DNA of 63,323 bases, filler included, from Sphacelaria rigidula (taxonomy: Eukaryota): NCBI GenBank assembly GCA_964200075.2. It is 6 parts of 6 records of this genome, joined end to end, with 100 filler letters (N's around TTAATTAATTAA, not from the genome) between each part and the next. Parts side by side here need not be neighbours in the genome. Positions count along the whole stretch, not along the records: positions 31,714 to 42,183 come from CAXNAA020006440.1; positions 42,284 to 52,753 come from CAXNAA020006441.1; 4 more parts are not named here. One strand, 5' to 3'. The translations under genes were made by a program, and so were the position numbers. The notes beneath the pieces were generated by a model. It did not search any database. It saw only the letters and a list, made by a program, of their open reading frames with translations, and was not told the origin of the DNA. Positions 39,159-51,154 of the stretch are shown here, piece after piece (the stretch's first letter is position 1; every line of letters begins with the position of its first letter).

Positions 39159-39518
39159 AGTAAGGAGGACGTATCGAAGGGGGGACAGACCAAGGAGTAG
39201 GCTGTCCCGAGAGATGTCGTCCTGATGCCGAAGGAACTCCGAAGCTGACGATGATTTCCTCTTGTGAGATGTGGGCAAGAAGTTGGGTCAGACAGGGAGT
39301 GGTCGCTGGAGGCGACCAGTCCCTCGGGGGATGTTGGACCGTCCTGAATATTAGGCTCTTCCTGGCATCACCCCGAGTTGTCTAGTTTCGTTGGCATTAC
39401 AGGGTCCTCGGGGATCTGGTCCATTCGGACCGTTCCCACTTGTACCTGCTTGCTCTGGCTCTTTGTACACGTGTGGCCTCAGTCTCTGATATGTCAGTGC
39501 AAAGAGGTACTCCCGACA
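39159..39518 (-). repeat. 5' LTR
   Basis: Direct repeat of 32197-32556 with about 7 substitutions; begins TGTCGG and ends TTACT. Confidence 0.96.
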
Positions 39519-42283
39519 CTTTTCTGCGAAGCTGTCGGAACCTTTGACTGCGGGAGTGCTCGTATGGTCCATGCAGCGAAATTTTCCCAAAAATAAACAT
39601 CCAGTATGATTTTTCTTTCTGAACCGGATACTTATTTCCATAAAAAAAACACATATATCGTCAGAAAGCTGTGCTTTAGGGTAATCGAGCCATTGGTTCA
39701 CCTTGTCAATTTAAGTCTCGTGTTCTCAATCGCGTATGTGGCAACCATGAGTAGTGGTCAAGATTTGGGAGCTGGAGGACTGGGTCGTGCTTTTTTTGTT
39801 TTACACCGAATTTGAACGTACTTCGTCAAGAAGCAACTTTATGTCGGAGAAGAAAAAGGGGTGGACCAAAATTTAGTCAGAGAAGCGATATAGACCCTCT
39901 TTTTTCCCGCTCCAGCTATGGATCTTTGTGCTCAATATTCGACCGATGCATATATTGGACTGACGGATGCCGACAAACTCCTCGGATTCGGACGAATCGG
40001 GTCTTCACCCAGGACCATATTTTGGTCAAATCTGTGGGCCGAGAAAACCGCTTCTATGAATCGGGACCCCCCGCCAGCTTTTTAAAACAAAATATCTTCG
40101 ATCTAGCGTACCGCAGCCGTTCGAGAAAAACTCATGCACGCAAGACCTGCTTCTCCGCAGAACAAAAGGTATTTACCCCCGCGACAGCTCGCACGCACCG
40201 TGCTTCGGAATCACTCTCAAAGTATGTTTGATGAGTCGGGCTAAACTGGATGTCGGTTCGAGCCAATTTTGGGGGTCATCTCAGGTTATTTTGTCTCGAA
40301 CATGACCACTGTTCATGGGATTTTTCTCAAGACGGGATTTGGATTCCCGTCGACTGTGCGCGTCGTGCGAGATAAAAATCAATTTCGATGCTCGATACCG
40401 ACTTCGGCTCCGTTCTCGAGTTTCGTGGAGGCACGCCCTCACGACATCTACATGAGTTTCAAGTGTTATCCATTTTTCCCGACATAACACGAACACGACT
40501 ATGTGGTCAGACCCAGGGAAAACACAACTGCCCTTCTCGGACAAAATGGTCCCTCTCCCGTGCCTTCCAAATCCACGATACAGTAGTACACGACACCGAA
40601 ATCCCTCCTTTTCCTACTTTTTGTACATCTTTCGGCAAAATTTAACCAAGAAAAACGGAGGTCACGGAGATCTTGGGGATCTATGGTACGGAAGATATTT
40701 TCGCGCGCGGGTGTACGATTGACGTACGCATGAAGTACGCATACAGGAATCAACCAAGGGTGTGTTGGGTAGTGAAATTCCTACAAACTGGGGGAAGCAT
40801 GGTAGAGAGCCTTCGCTCAATGGATCTGCTAACATATTTCGCCTACAAAAGGAATGTATCTCTTCTTGTGCCTGTGATGCCAGCAGATCAACGGGAAACT
40901 GGAGGGCGGGTATACGAAGGAGATTTCTGAATGCTGGTAACAGAGACTCAACACGATACGGTGTCGCCTTTGTCGAGATTGAGTGTGGTACTTTGGAAAT
41001 CATACTCTAAGCACCGAAACTTGGGTGGAAGTTGAAGACCGGAACATCGAAGCACAAAGAGTTCGAGAGAGTAAATACCCAGGTATTTTTCCTACCCAAC
41101 ACAGCCTTGGAATCAACAACGACATTTCGACGAGCCAGTAACCTCCATACATCGCACGGTATGGTGTGGTCATACGGATCGGTACATGGCAGTATCAACT
41201 CTTTGGCCCGCAATTGGGTCATCCATTCAATCGGTAGCAGTTTTACTTGAATGAAAGGCCCAGATTATTCACCCCGGCGATCAAAGTGTTGAAAATTCTG
41301 ATCGATTTCACAGCACTACAAATAGAGTCAGCACGAGCACCCACACGATTCGGTAACCCCTGTTGCGGAGAAACGATAGTGGTATTGTAGTACCTAAAAA
41401 GAAAGCTGCCTGATGTGCGCGTCCCTGCTTGCAATGAACTATGTTTTCTACATACGCACTAGCTAGCTCATCGTACTTGTTTGCCGACCTGCTTTCGCCG
41501 CTAACCCTATGAAAGGATAAACCGAACTGCGCACCACGCCTTCACGCGGTCCATACATGCCATATATTACGGACTCATGCCGAAGCTCATGAGAGTAGAG
41601 CGGCGCGTGCACTGTGCCAAGTTAACAGGAGGTTTTTGTGGGTTCTTTTCCCACATTGCCTTCGGCGAAGCACTCAGAACGCTCGAGACGCCTACCCCTA
41701 TGTGGTCGCCACACGGTGGTCTAGCCGAGCCTTCGGGTGATCCAGACACGAACCCGTTCGCGGGGTAAAATTTGAGGGAGGTTTCCTCCTTCCTTCGACG
41801 AAAAGCAATATATACGGACGGCCTTGAATGTACTGAGTGTGAAGCACCTGGCTTATCCTCGGCAAGTATCCCCGATTCATGGTAAACAAATTTCCGTGAA
41901 ATCTCACGAGCGCGCATTTATTCGGCTCAATGACTCCGCAACGCCACGTGTAGTCGGCACCTGAGCAATGAGCTTGACCTGGGTGCCCAGACGAGCTCTG
42001 TGTCGGAAAAAATGTATTTATTTACAAGGGTCTGTCAAAATATATTTCGGGACACGTGGGTCCCAAGATAATAAAAAAAAATCGAGTTTTTGACAGGGGG
42101 GGGGGGGGGGGGGACTTTTTTGTTTCTGCCCTGGGGGGGGGACCCTTTGGCGGGGCGGGCTTTTGGGGGGGGGGGGGGGGGGGNNNNNNNNNNNNNNNNN
42201 NNNNNNNNNNNNNNNNNNNNNNNNNNNTTAATTAATTAANNNNNNNNNNNNNNNNNNNNNNNNNNNNNNNNNNNNNNNNNNNN

Positions 42284-42432
42284 CCCACCAAGCCCGGACG
42301 GAGCACGCCAGGTTTTCGCCGGACCAGGCTCGCAATCAATCACCAAGCTCGAAGCGCCGTGATGTGCTCGGCGAATCGCATGAAGTGTGAGCAGCATCCT
42401 GCCAATATTGTTCGGCCTGAAGCGTACTGATT
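42284..42432 (+). repeat. Dispersed repeat end, homologous to 59394-59528
   Basis: ggacggagcacgcc-ggttttcgccggaccaggctcgcaatcaatca...gaagcgtactgatt in both. Confidence 0.85.
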
Positions 42433-42634
42433 ATCTCGCATATGGATGACAGCCTACAGCTTCATTTTCTGGTATCGACACTTCAAGAGACAGACAGGGG
42501 TTGCAGACTGTCTCATTAGTGTCTCGGGAAGGGCGGGGGGGGAGCAAAAACACGGAATTGCTCCCTCGTACAGTATTGTACGCAACATGAGTGTTGACAC
42601 CAGTAGCCAAAATATCGTAGGTGTCCCAACACAC

Positions 42635-42933
42635 CGTCTAGCCCGGTTTGCCGAAAACGCGGCAGACTTCTCTTCTCCAGCTTCCGTCCCCGCTGCTGCC
42701 TCCTCCGGGGGAGCGCAAGATCGGGCCAACGCCACGCGAAACGGTTCGCGCGCCAGGAACAGTGCGGTGGAAGATATCAGCTCCAGCGTTATGGCGGCGG
42801 CCCCGTACTCCTCCAGGGCGGATGTAGTGCTGCTACTGTTACGGTTTTCACCGTTGCCATCGTTCTTGCTTCCCTTGTCCGACGAGAGCATCGCTCTCTG
42901 AAGCAGGACGTTCAAGATGAACGTGGATGCGCG
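42635..42933 (-). CDS. RFT1: Exon of an RFT1-like protein (Man5GlcNAc2-PP-dolichol translocation protein), N-terminal region
   Basis: acgcag/RASTFILNVLLQR...YGAAAITLELISSTALFLAREPFRVALAR matches the Rft1 N-terminal pattern RxxTFxLN...LELxxSTxLFxxRExxRxA; donor gtgtgt. Confidence 0.75.
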
Positions 42934-43019
42934 CTGCGTATGTGTGTAATCGAGAGTGAGGTGAGGGAACGGGTTTCTAAATGAAGGTGATGGAGAAATC
43001 ATGCGTCAAAGACAAGTAC

Positions 43020-43220
43020 CTGCAAGGTGTGGTTTGTGTCTTCTTTGTCCTTTATTTTCTTCCTCTCTTCTGTCGGTGTGCTTTTCTTCGCAGATCCGAC
43101 TTTTTTCTTTATTTCATCACGAAAGGAAGCAGGGGGGGGCACTGTTTGGGGATCATGGACACCGGAGAGGATGGGCGGTTGGTTTGTCCATGGACGCTGG
43201 GGAGGACAGATGGGAGCGTC
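43020..43220 (-). CDS. Candidate upstream exon, P-rich then K/E-rich
   Basis: acatag acceptor, 67 open codons (DAPICPP...KKIKDKEDTNHTLQ), then gtactt...cgcag 86-nt intron in phase with the RFT1 exon. Confidence 0.35.
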
Positions 43221-43728
43221 CTATGTCAACTTCGTAAAGGACCTTGCAACGGAGAAGAACAGAGCAGGCGGCTAATTTTCGTTGAGGGCGGAATATTTTT
43301 GTCCATTGGGTTTCAGGTACAGTTGGTTGTTGTGGATACTACGTACAGATGGCATCCCATGTTTTCATGGTTGATTATAGGACACTCTGAACAGATCATG
43401 TTTCTTGCTGATGGCGCGATGCGGTGTGGAGGCTAGACACGCCCTGTCTGTTGTGTTTCCATGACGATGCTACTTGACCAGCACCCGAGGGAGGTCATAG
43501 CTTCTCGCTTTCCCTCCTCGTTGCCATCAGGTTGCCCTTTTATGTTCTTCTTGTCTTTTTTGGATCTTCCCATCTAGCCTTGTTCAGTCTAGGGGCGCAG
43601 GCTCTGTTGAGCATCTCTTTGAACATCACTCCAGACAGTAGATCTATTTTGGGATTGGTCTCTGTTCTATGCGACAGTTTCGATCATTGGCTGACTCACT
43701 GTTAGTATTATACTCTGTATACAACAAA

Positions 43729-44018
43729 CGGCGTGTCGACGTCCAATTGCCATATCTATGGCGTGTCGACGTCCAATTCAACAAACGATAGCTCGGATGA
43801 ACCGCAAGTTCCACGCGAACAAGGGCCAGTAGCAGGAAAACAAAATAACATGCACACAAAAAGTTAAGGCCCAATCCGTGAAAATGTTCCGAAATTTCAT
43901 GTTGGTTTCCCTCCGATCATGGGTGAAGTGTCGAGATATGGCATGCTATATCTTCGGCGTGTTGACGTCAAATTCAACAAACGATAGCTCGGATGAACCG
44001 CAAGGTCCACGCGATCAA
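43729..44018 (+). repeat. Local direct repeats (about 65 bp at 43760-43822 and 43955-44018, plus a partial copy at 43729)
   Basis: ggcgtgt-gacgtc-aattcaacaaacgatagctcggatgaaccgcaag occurs twice. Confidence 0.8.
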
Positions 44019-44771
44019 CACCCACCAATTATTATCATCATTAATATTATATCCGTCACATTAGCACGACCTCTCGAACACAAGAGTGCAAGGAGCATAC
44101 CACCAATATACCCATAACCCGAACAGCCCGCAGAAGAAGGCAAGAAACAAAAACATCTACACGAAAATGGAATGTTTTCAACGTTTCTTGTATTTCTCAC
44201 GCCGGCCTTAACCCGTTCGGCGCCGTTCTGCGTTTCGGTACAATATTTTGGCGGACAGTCCCGAAGAATATGTGCAACCGTGTTCTGTCTGCAGTGAACG
44301 AAAATTGGACAAGGTGGAGTATAGATAATACACAGAAAGATGTACAAAAAAAACATTTGAACAAGGTTCCGTAGGGACAGCACAGGCTGTCTGCACTGTC
44401 TGTCTGCAGAAGGATGCACAACATATTTGATAAAGGCGCAGCACAGACAGTACAGCGGTCTGCACACCACGGATACTGGCACCGCGGTGCATGCTGCGGT
44501 GCAAAGGAGACGACGCCGAGTAAATGGTGACCCTACAACCGCTGGCCAGAGGCCATTTATCGCCTGTGTTTCCTAGGGGCGACGTGCTATGCGACGAAAC
44601 GTGGACGAAACCACTGAGGGTCGCTGTCGATGAAACAGGACATGACACCAAGCGGTGTTCTTCGTCATCGCTCTCATTTAGTCGAAGTTGCACTCGGAAC
44701 TGTCAACAAGCACTCACATAATTAATAAGCCCGTGGCCTACGTGTTGTTTAGCTCGTGTCAAAATTTCACC

Positions 44772-45022
44772 CCGACAGAGCTTTGGCGGGCCCAGCTTTT
44801 AATTTTTTTTTTTCTGTCACACTTTTAACCTCTCTTCTTCACGAGCCCGCGGTCCAATGGTCCCAACGGATCAACCTGTCATAGCTTCCGGCCTGTTACC
44901 TATGGCGACAGATCTCTGGCCGGTCCAGCTTTTAGTTTTTTTCTTTCTGTCACACGTTCAACCTCTCCTCTTGACGAGCCCGCGGTCCAATGGTCCCAAC
45001 GGATCAACCTATTATAGCTTCC
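44772..45022 (+). repeat. Tandem duplication, about 133-bp unit x2
   Basis: ttctgtcacac...acgagcccgcggtccaatggtcccaacggatcaacct...atagcttcc repeated. Confidence 0.85.
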
Positions 45023-45170
45023 CTCGATACACACGCCTTGCGTTTTGGACTCGCGGACGGGGTCATCAGTCCCGCTCCGCGTCAGCTGTCGTCAAAAGAA
45101 CTCAGTCGATTGTTTTTTGTACGTTACGTCCCCCACGCTTTCGACGGTGGAAGTCAGATACCTTGAAAGG

Positions 45171-45260
45171 AAAAAAACCCCAGCGCATACCGACGGGAAT
45201 CGAACTCACGTTCTCTTCACGAGGAAGGTGACAGTCGGACCATCACACAGACGGGGCGCT
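45171..45260 (-). mobile_element. tRNA-derived SINE-like head or tRNA pseudogene
   Basis: Minus strand shows degenerate A box tgtgtgatgg and B box gagttcgattccc at tRNA spacing, followed by oligo-T; cloverleaf not intact. Confidence 0.5.
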
Positions 45261-45339
45261 CCGGGTTGTAGGAGTATATGCGTCATATTCACAGTGCTTT
45301 GCATTTATATGGGTGTCAGTAGAGAACAGAGAATATTTA

Positions 45340-45755
45340 TTTATCGATAGTCATTGCATACCCTACTGGATTTCGGTTATGTATCTATCGATAGCCATTG
45401 CTATCGTGAACAGATTTTGTGCGAAATCTATCACTATCCGTTGTCGCCATCATTAGGTTTGGTGCACGATCTATCAAAAATATTCACTGGCATCATCAAG
45501 AGACTCGGCACACGAGTCTATCGATAGCAATTGCCGTCATCGATAGAGCCGGGGAATACGTCTGTCGATATTTTTGGTCGGCGGCGATAGATTTCGATAT
45601 AGGGCCACAACAGACTGCTGCCTGGGCAATAGTGTGGGAAAGGGATCTATCGATAGGCTTTACCGACGACAGTAGATAAGATAATCCCGTCGATTGATAG
45701 CCACTGCCGGTGACCATTATTGAGGTTTATTGCATCATATTCTATAGCTATCGCG
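45340..45755. repeat. Cluster of palindromic (C)TATCGATAG motifs, likely transposon subterminal repeats
   Basis: ATCGATAG at about 45343, 45387, 45520, 45539 and 45649, plus variants. Confidence 0.55.
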
Positions 45756-46136
45756 GCGTCTATTGTCCATCATCCAGGGTGTGATACGGTACCTATCCTC
45801 ATGCAAAGTTGCAATGTGTTCGCTCTCTGAGGTACGCCGTGGCTATGGTCCGCCTGTGGTCTGCAAGTTGGGCTGGGCGACGTTTTTTCTCGAGCCTGCA
45901 ATGATTCAGTGCTGGAACCACACGTACTGGATACCAACACGGGAACAACCTACGTGCGAACTCGTGTGTTCGCCTGGGGGAAGAGCAGTAGCGGTATTAG
46001 CTACGCATGACTGGCTTGACAGGCAGGGATACCCCGCTATCCGCTCTCCCCCACCCGCTACTCTAAACTCGAGTCGCCCTGTCTCTCAATGCCCCCCCCC
46101 TCCCACCTCCCCCCAAATAAATGAATAAATAAATAG

Positions 46137-48114
46137 GAATTGAGGCGGGTTTTCGACAGGGCGGATACGACAAAATCAGGGTGGTTGACTCTTCCCGACC
46201 TGAAGGCGTCGCTGTGCAGCGTGGACCCCCAGCTCGACGAGTCGGCTGTGGCTGACATAATGGTCATGTTGGATCTGGGTGGTTCGGGCAGCGTATCCTT
46301 CGAAGAGGTGAGGGCTGGAGGTTAGTAGGGGGTTGCGGACGAACTACTGATCCCAGCGAAAATATGTCTTGTCTTGTTTGTTTTTGTTTCCTACAAGATA
46401 AAACTTCTTCCATTTTTTTTTTGTCCTTCACCTGAGGTTTCAGGAAGTTACGGCGTGAAACTTTGGAGAGGGGATGCCCATGGTCCATTCGAACCCTTTC
46501 TTTTCCGTAGTTCTGTTCTTTTCCCGCTCTTTTTAATGGTCACCGGTTAGACCCACGTGGCACAAATATCAACAGTGAAGATCTCCGCTCTTCTGGGGGT
46601 TCGTCCTTCGAAGAGGGGCAGGTTTGAGCTATCATGGGTGACGCAGCAGTACAACCCCTATGGAAGATTCATTCTTTGCGCGAGAAACTTGTCATCCGCA
46701 TGCATAAGTTATCGAGGGGGTGGTATGCAGCATACCCCGTTACAGTCGTGAACAATGAAATTATGCCAACAATAGTCGACGATGATGGTCGGTGAGTGTT
46801 ATTCAAAGTAGTGGTGTTGCGCTGTGTAACATGCGGTGGTTAGAATTACTCCGGAGCTAGCTAGGTTTCAGGGTTGAAGTTCATATACTTGATGGGCAAA
46901 TAGGTTGGACTGTTTTAGCCACTATCCGTTCGTCCATGCATGATGTTATGGCGTAGATCTTCAGTGTCATGGGTGCCTCTACCTTGAATTTTTTCCACAG
47001 GGTTTTGCAATTCCGGTGACTCCTTGAAGGGGCCACTTTGTCGGTCAGGTAACGATTGGGGCGCCGAAAAATCCGTGGGTGGAAAGGTTAGTCGCAAGGT
47101 TGTCCGCTGCGACAGTTACTGGATGGGGGTTTTGAATTGTTTCGTGACGCTTTTTAATGACGAATGCGGTCAAGGAAATATGTATAAATCGCGGAGTAGC
47201 ATATCCATCCCGATCGCAGCAGAGCTATTCGGCCCTCAAGTCTTATTTTCGATTATGTTTTCTGGACGACCCGTGTGGAGGCCGCAATGGGAAAAAAAAC
47301 ATCGTTCGAGAGTGCTTCGCAAAAAACGGAGTGTTTTATTGAATCTATCCTATTTTTGAGTTGAAGATTAAAGAGAGTGATAGATTTGACGCCGGCGGTC
47401 GCTCTTCGAAGCCACCCATCGCGTCGCCGTATATCGTGACTCCTGTTGAAAGACCTAACTGGGATGATGGTTTGAGGGCGTTTAGAACGAAACAAGAGCA
47501 GAAAGAACGGGAGGGCAGGCGGGGGCGGGCGGGGAGTTGTGAGATTTCGAACCCTGATTCGTTTTATCTCTCTCTTACTCAACGCTTCTCCTGTGCTTGA
47601 AAGGGCGGGTTGAGATATTCGCAACGCTTTTGTAGTTGCTTACCACGCGGCAGTTGGGCGCGATGAACGCAGACCTCCGCTTGTACACAAACTCTTTCCC
47701 AGCACAGATTTTGTCAATGACACATGCTCTTTCATTCACCGTAGAAAATATGGTGTCGAGGGAAACTGCGTTTTACCTGGTGTGATGTTGAAGGACCTGC
47801 GGTAGTACAGTGGCGCTGGTGTAGTTATTTGATTTTTTGAGCACGTGGTTTAACTCTCCAGTCGCTTTTTCATGATTTCTCTTGGTTCGGACATATGTTA
47901 ATGGAGGTTTGGAGGTGAAACTGCCACTCTCCAGCGCTCAATGTACGCGTCATTGTGTTTTCATCTACTGTATATTTAGCCCGGAAACCTTGACCTCGTC
48001 CCGTCCCGTCCCGTCCCGTCCCGGCGGCCCCATCTCTGTTGGCACCGTGCGTTTGTCCCCACTTGGTCGTTCCGGCTTTTGCAGTTCTTGAAAATGATCC
48101 GGTGGGATCCGTAG
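46137..48114 (+). CDS. Last two exons (46137-46307, 48085-48114) of an EF-hand (calmodulin-like domain) protein
   Basis: aatag/ELRRVFDRADTTKSGWLTLPDL...LDLGGSGSVSFEE/gtgagg ... ttgcag/FLKMIRWDP*; the phase-0 join completes the FEEF helix of the second EF-hand. Confidence 0.85.
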
Positions 48115-49980
48115 CGGGAGGGTATCGGACACGCTCGACGTGGAAAACCTATCATGTTTTTTTGGTTTATTGAAAACCTATTATGTTTTTGTTTATTTGT
48201 TTATTTTTACCACACGCTCACGTCAGCCCTTGCGCTGGATTCCCAGCGAGGGAAGAAGTTCGCTGCAATGTTGTAAATGTAGATGCATTGCAGCTCAACA
48301 CTCCAGCGCTTTCCTACAAGACGGGAGAGGGGGGGGTTGCGCAAAGCTGAGGGAGAGGTCGTCGGACGACAGGGAAATCAAGCGCTCCCCGCGTCTGTTG
48401 TCTACGCCCACCACCCCGTTTCAATCTGCCCGACGAGCAGGCTGGCGGAGGTATAATTACTGCTTTTGTTTCTAGTGTTGGTTTTCTCGTCCTTCTCTTG
48501 TACGTTTATCTTTGGGCGTTTGACGATTTCCTTGGAGCCACCATGAGGTGGATGGCAGGAGGGTGTGTGTGGAGGGGGCGATCGGAAGGTTTCGGTTTAG
48601 ATGGCTGTGGTTATTGACCGGCGGATAGATCCGCTTATTCTATTGGGTACTTGAGGTAAAGATGGGGTTCTTTGATATACCCTCTATTTCGCTTTATCTA
48701 ATTCTGATGGTTGGTGTCGGCGTTCATGTCCACCGCGTTGGGGGTTGGCGGGCAACACTGCCCCTTCTCTCGGCTGCTTCTATCTTTCGTTTCTTCCAAA
48801 CCAACCGCTGCGTCGAAGTTGTGATCCGTTTCGTGCTCAATAACGTCCATGACTGATAGCGTTTTATGACCATTTTTTTTCGTGTGTGAGTGTGTTTGTA
48901 AATATCGTACCATTAATACCGGCCTCGACATGATTGCTCCCATGCAAACGAAACCCGAGTCCCCTGGAGGTATATTTGAGGGTTTTGGGGATCGATGTTC
49001 GTGTGCATGAAGAGGAGGGGGCAAGGGGGGTGAACGTGAAAGGGTCATGACGAATGTCATCCTGCTGACAAGTGTTGGGGAGCATTTCGAGAGCCGAAGT
49101 TCTTTTTTGAGAGTAAAAATAAAGAGGCATGATCGGTACGGCTACTTTTCTCGCCCGAAACGTTTGCTGGACCCAGTCTGCATCATCGGTGGTAATTTTT
49201 TGTTTCATTCTTGTGTTGAACGAAGGTTGTACAACGTGACCCCGTCAGCTATTAACACTCCCGTGTGTGTGGCAAGAGAAGCTGGTGGATTGCGTGCGCA
49301 CCCCCCACATTCGTTGTTTCAAGCGCTATCAGAATTGTCCTTGAGGAAGTGGAGGGCAAGCGGTCTTGTGAGCTGAACAGAGCTGAACCTCAAGTTGTTC
49401 AGAACGGCGTCTGTTCTCTGTCGCTTATCGCTGGCGCGTCGTCGGACCAGCAGGGACATGCTGCGACAAGAGTAGATGGATGCGCGCAGAATGCACCAGC
49501 TGTCTAGATGGTTCGTGCGGTGTAGTGCCTTTCGACTGTTCTCGTGTCGAGCGTGCACAACAATAGTAGCGTGGTTGTCAACCCCATCTTCAAGGCACGA
49601 GGAGAGCGTTGTTGCTGTTGCCGTTGAGAAACAAGCAGTGACGGAGGGGTGACAGGGAAAATATTTCATCATGCCTGAGAAATGAAGTCGAGCTCGTTCA
49701 CCTGCGCACTACAGTACAGTGCCGCATGCATATATGTGGTGGCGCCGGTGGGGGTTCACATTGTGGGGAGGCCAGATCATTTTATTTGGTGGGGTGGGGT
49801 TCTGCTACTGTCATTTTTTTTCCCGTGTGTTCGCTATACCCCACCCCCGTCGGCGGTGCGAAAGAGACCTGAGCGGGAGACAATCCGAGGTTAGGACGCT
49901 ACTGCCACTACTTTGGATCTCGAGTTCAAGGCTAAACTAATACTCTACTGCAGCGCATCCTGTATGAATGTACCCTACTA

Positions 49981-50245
49981 CGAGTCATTTTACGATAGGG
50001 CGCGGGGGGGGTATTTTGGATCGTTTCTTTCACGAAATTCCACTTGCAATCGTCGTTGAGAGCAGCAACGGTTGTTCGAACACGCCTCCTTCCTATGTAT
50101 AACGCATATTCGTACTGATCGACACCGCTTTTACCCAAATACAAGCGCACCGATCGCGAGTGTGTTGGGTCGTCTGAAGCACATCAGAGCCCATTTTTTC
50201 GCGGAATCGACCCCCCCCTCCCCCGCCCTATCGTAGCATGACTCC
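49981..50245. mobile_element. MITE with TA flanks
   Basis: TIRs gagtcattttacgatagggcg / cgccctatcgtagcatgactc. Confidence 0.7.
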
Positions 50246-50623
50246 TACGTGTATTTTGTGCCTTCTTGTGTATTGGTGGTGCCTCATCGTCACGGCTGAA
50301 CTGTTTTCAGCGGCGTGGTAGCTGTTTCATACGCGAAGCCCACGTATAAATCGCGTACAGTAGCGACTCTCTCATAGGGGATAGGAACGGGGTTGTTGTT
50401 GCAAGAAGATCAGGCTGAAATTTGAAAAACAAAATTCAGGCTCATCGACGACCGCTGCACTGCTGTAGGTCCAATGCAGTAGGCATTTCCATCAGATGAG
50501 AAACTCAGGCTGACACTTTCTACGATAGCCCCCCCCCCCCCCCCCCCCCCCCCACCGCACGGGGGCGCGAGAGTACACCTTCCACGAAAAAAAGACAAAA
50601 CACCCACAACANNNNNNNNNNCA

Positions 50624-50873
50624 GGCTGATCCTTTTTACGATAGCCCCCCCCCCCCCCGAAAGTGCATGGTTTCGGGAGGCAAAATCTTCACGTAAATCG
50701 AAATGGGAAAAGCCGAGCACGACGAGAAGCTGGGAATTCCCACGCTTGGGTTCGTTCTAGCCAATGTCGCCAATATGAGGCGCTTGAACCCGAACATCAG
50801 GCGCTGTATGGCCATTTTTTTCGTGACACTTTTAGCTGGTTTTCAGGGGGGGGGTATCGTAGAAAGTGTCGGC
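50624..50873. mobile_element. MITE family F1 copy (extra TIR copy at 50506-50553)
   Basis: ggctgatcctttttacgatagcccccc / ggggggtatcgtagaaagtgtcggc. Confidence 0.8.
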
Positions 50874-50876
50874 TAA

Positions 50877-51154
50877 GGCCCATTATTATCGACACTGTTT
50901 TCTCGGACATCTCCGAAACTGTCGGGACTGGCGAGGTACCTTATAATTCACGAATGCTCGCGAGCAGCACGGCGTATTCACAGGGCAGCTCTCCAAAGTG
51001 CTGCGTTGCAGTCGCGATTTTTCGGATTTCTCCGAAAATGAAGCGTAGGAGGAAAAATCAAGCCGCTTTATTCTCGGAGAAGTCTTATCCCAGAGTCCGA
51101 AAACTGTCTTTTTATGTACATCTCTGAGTAACGCAGTGTCGATAACAATGGGCC
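50877..51154. mobile_element. Tourist/Harbinger-like MITE
   Basis: TIRs ggcccattattatcgacactg / cagtgtcgataacaatgggcc; 3-bp flanks taa/tga. Confidence 0.8.

Larger units (their letters stand above)
32197..39518 (-). mobile_element. Full-length chromodomain-bearing Ty3/Gypsy LTR retrotransposon (7322 bp), coding region disabled
   Basis: 360-bp LTRs at 39159-39518 and 32197-32556; 4-bp TSD CTTT; PBS and PPT present; gag-PR-RT-RH-IN-chromo order. Confidence 0.97.

Noticed and set aside
42095..42183. G-quadruplex regulatory tract
   Set aside because: Poly-G at the very end of a contig is a common sequencing or assembly artefact
49670..49702. Terminal exon VNELDFISQA* of a convergent minus-strand gene
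   Set aside because: Plausible acceptor but too short, and no partner exon could be supported
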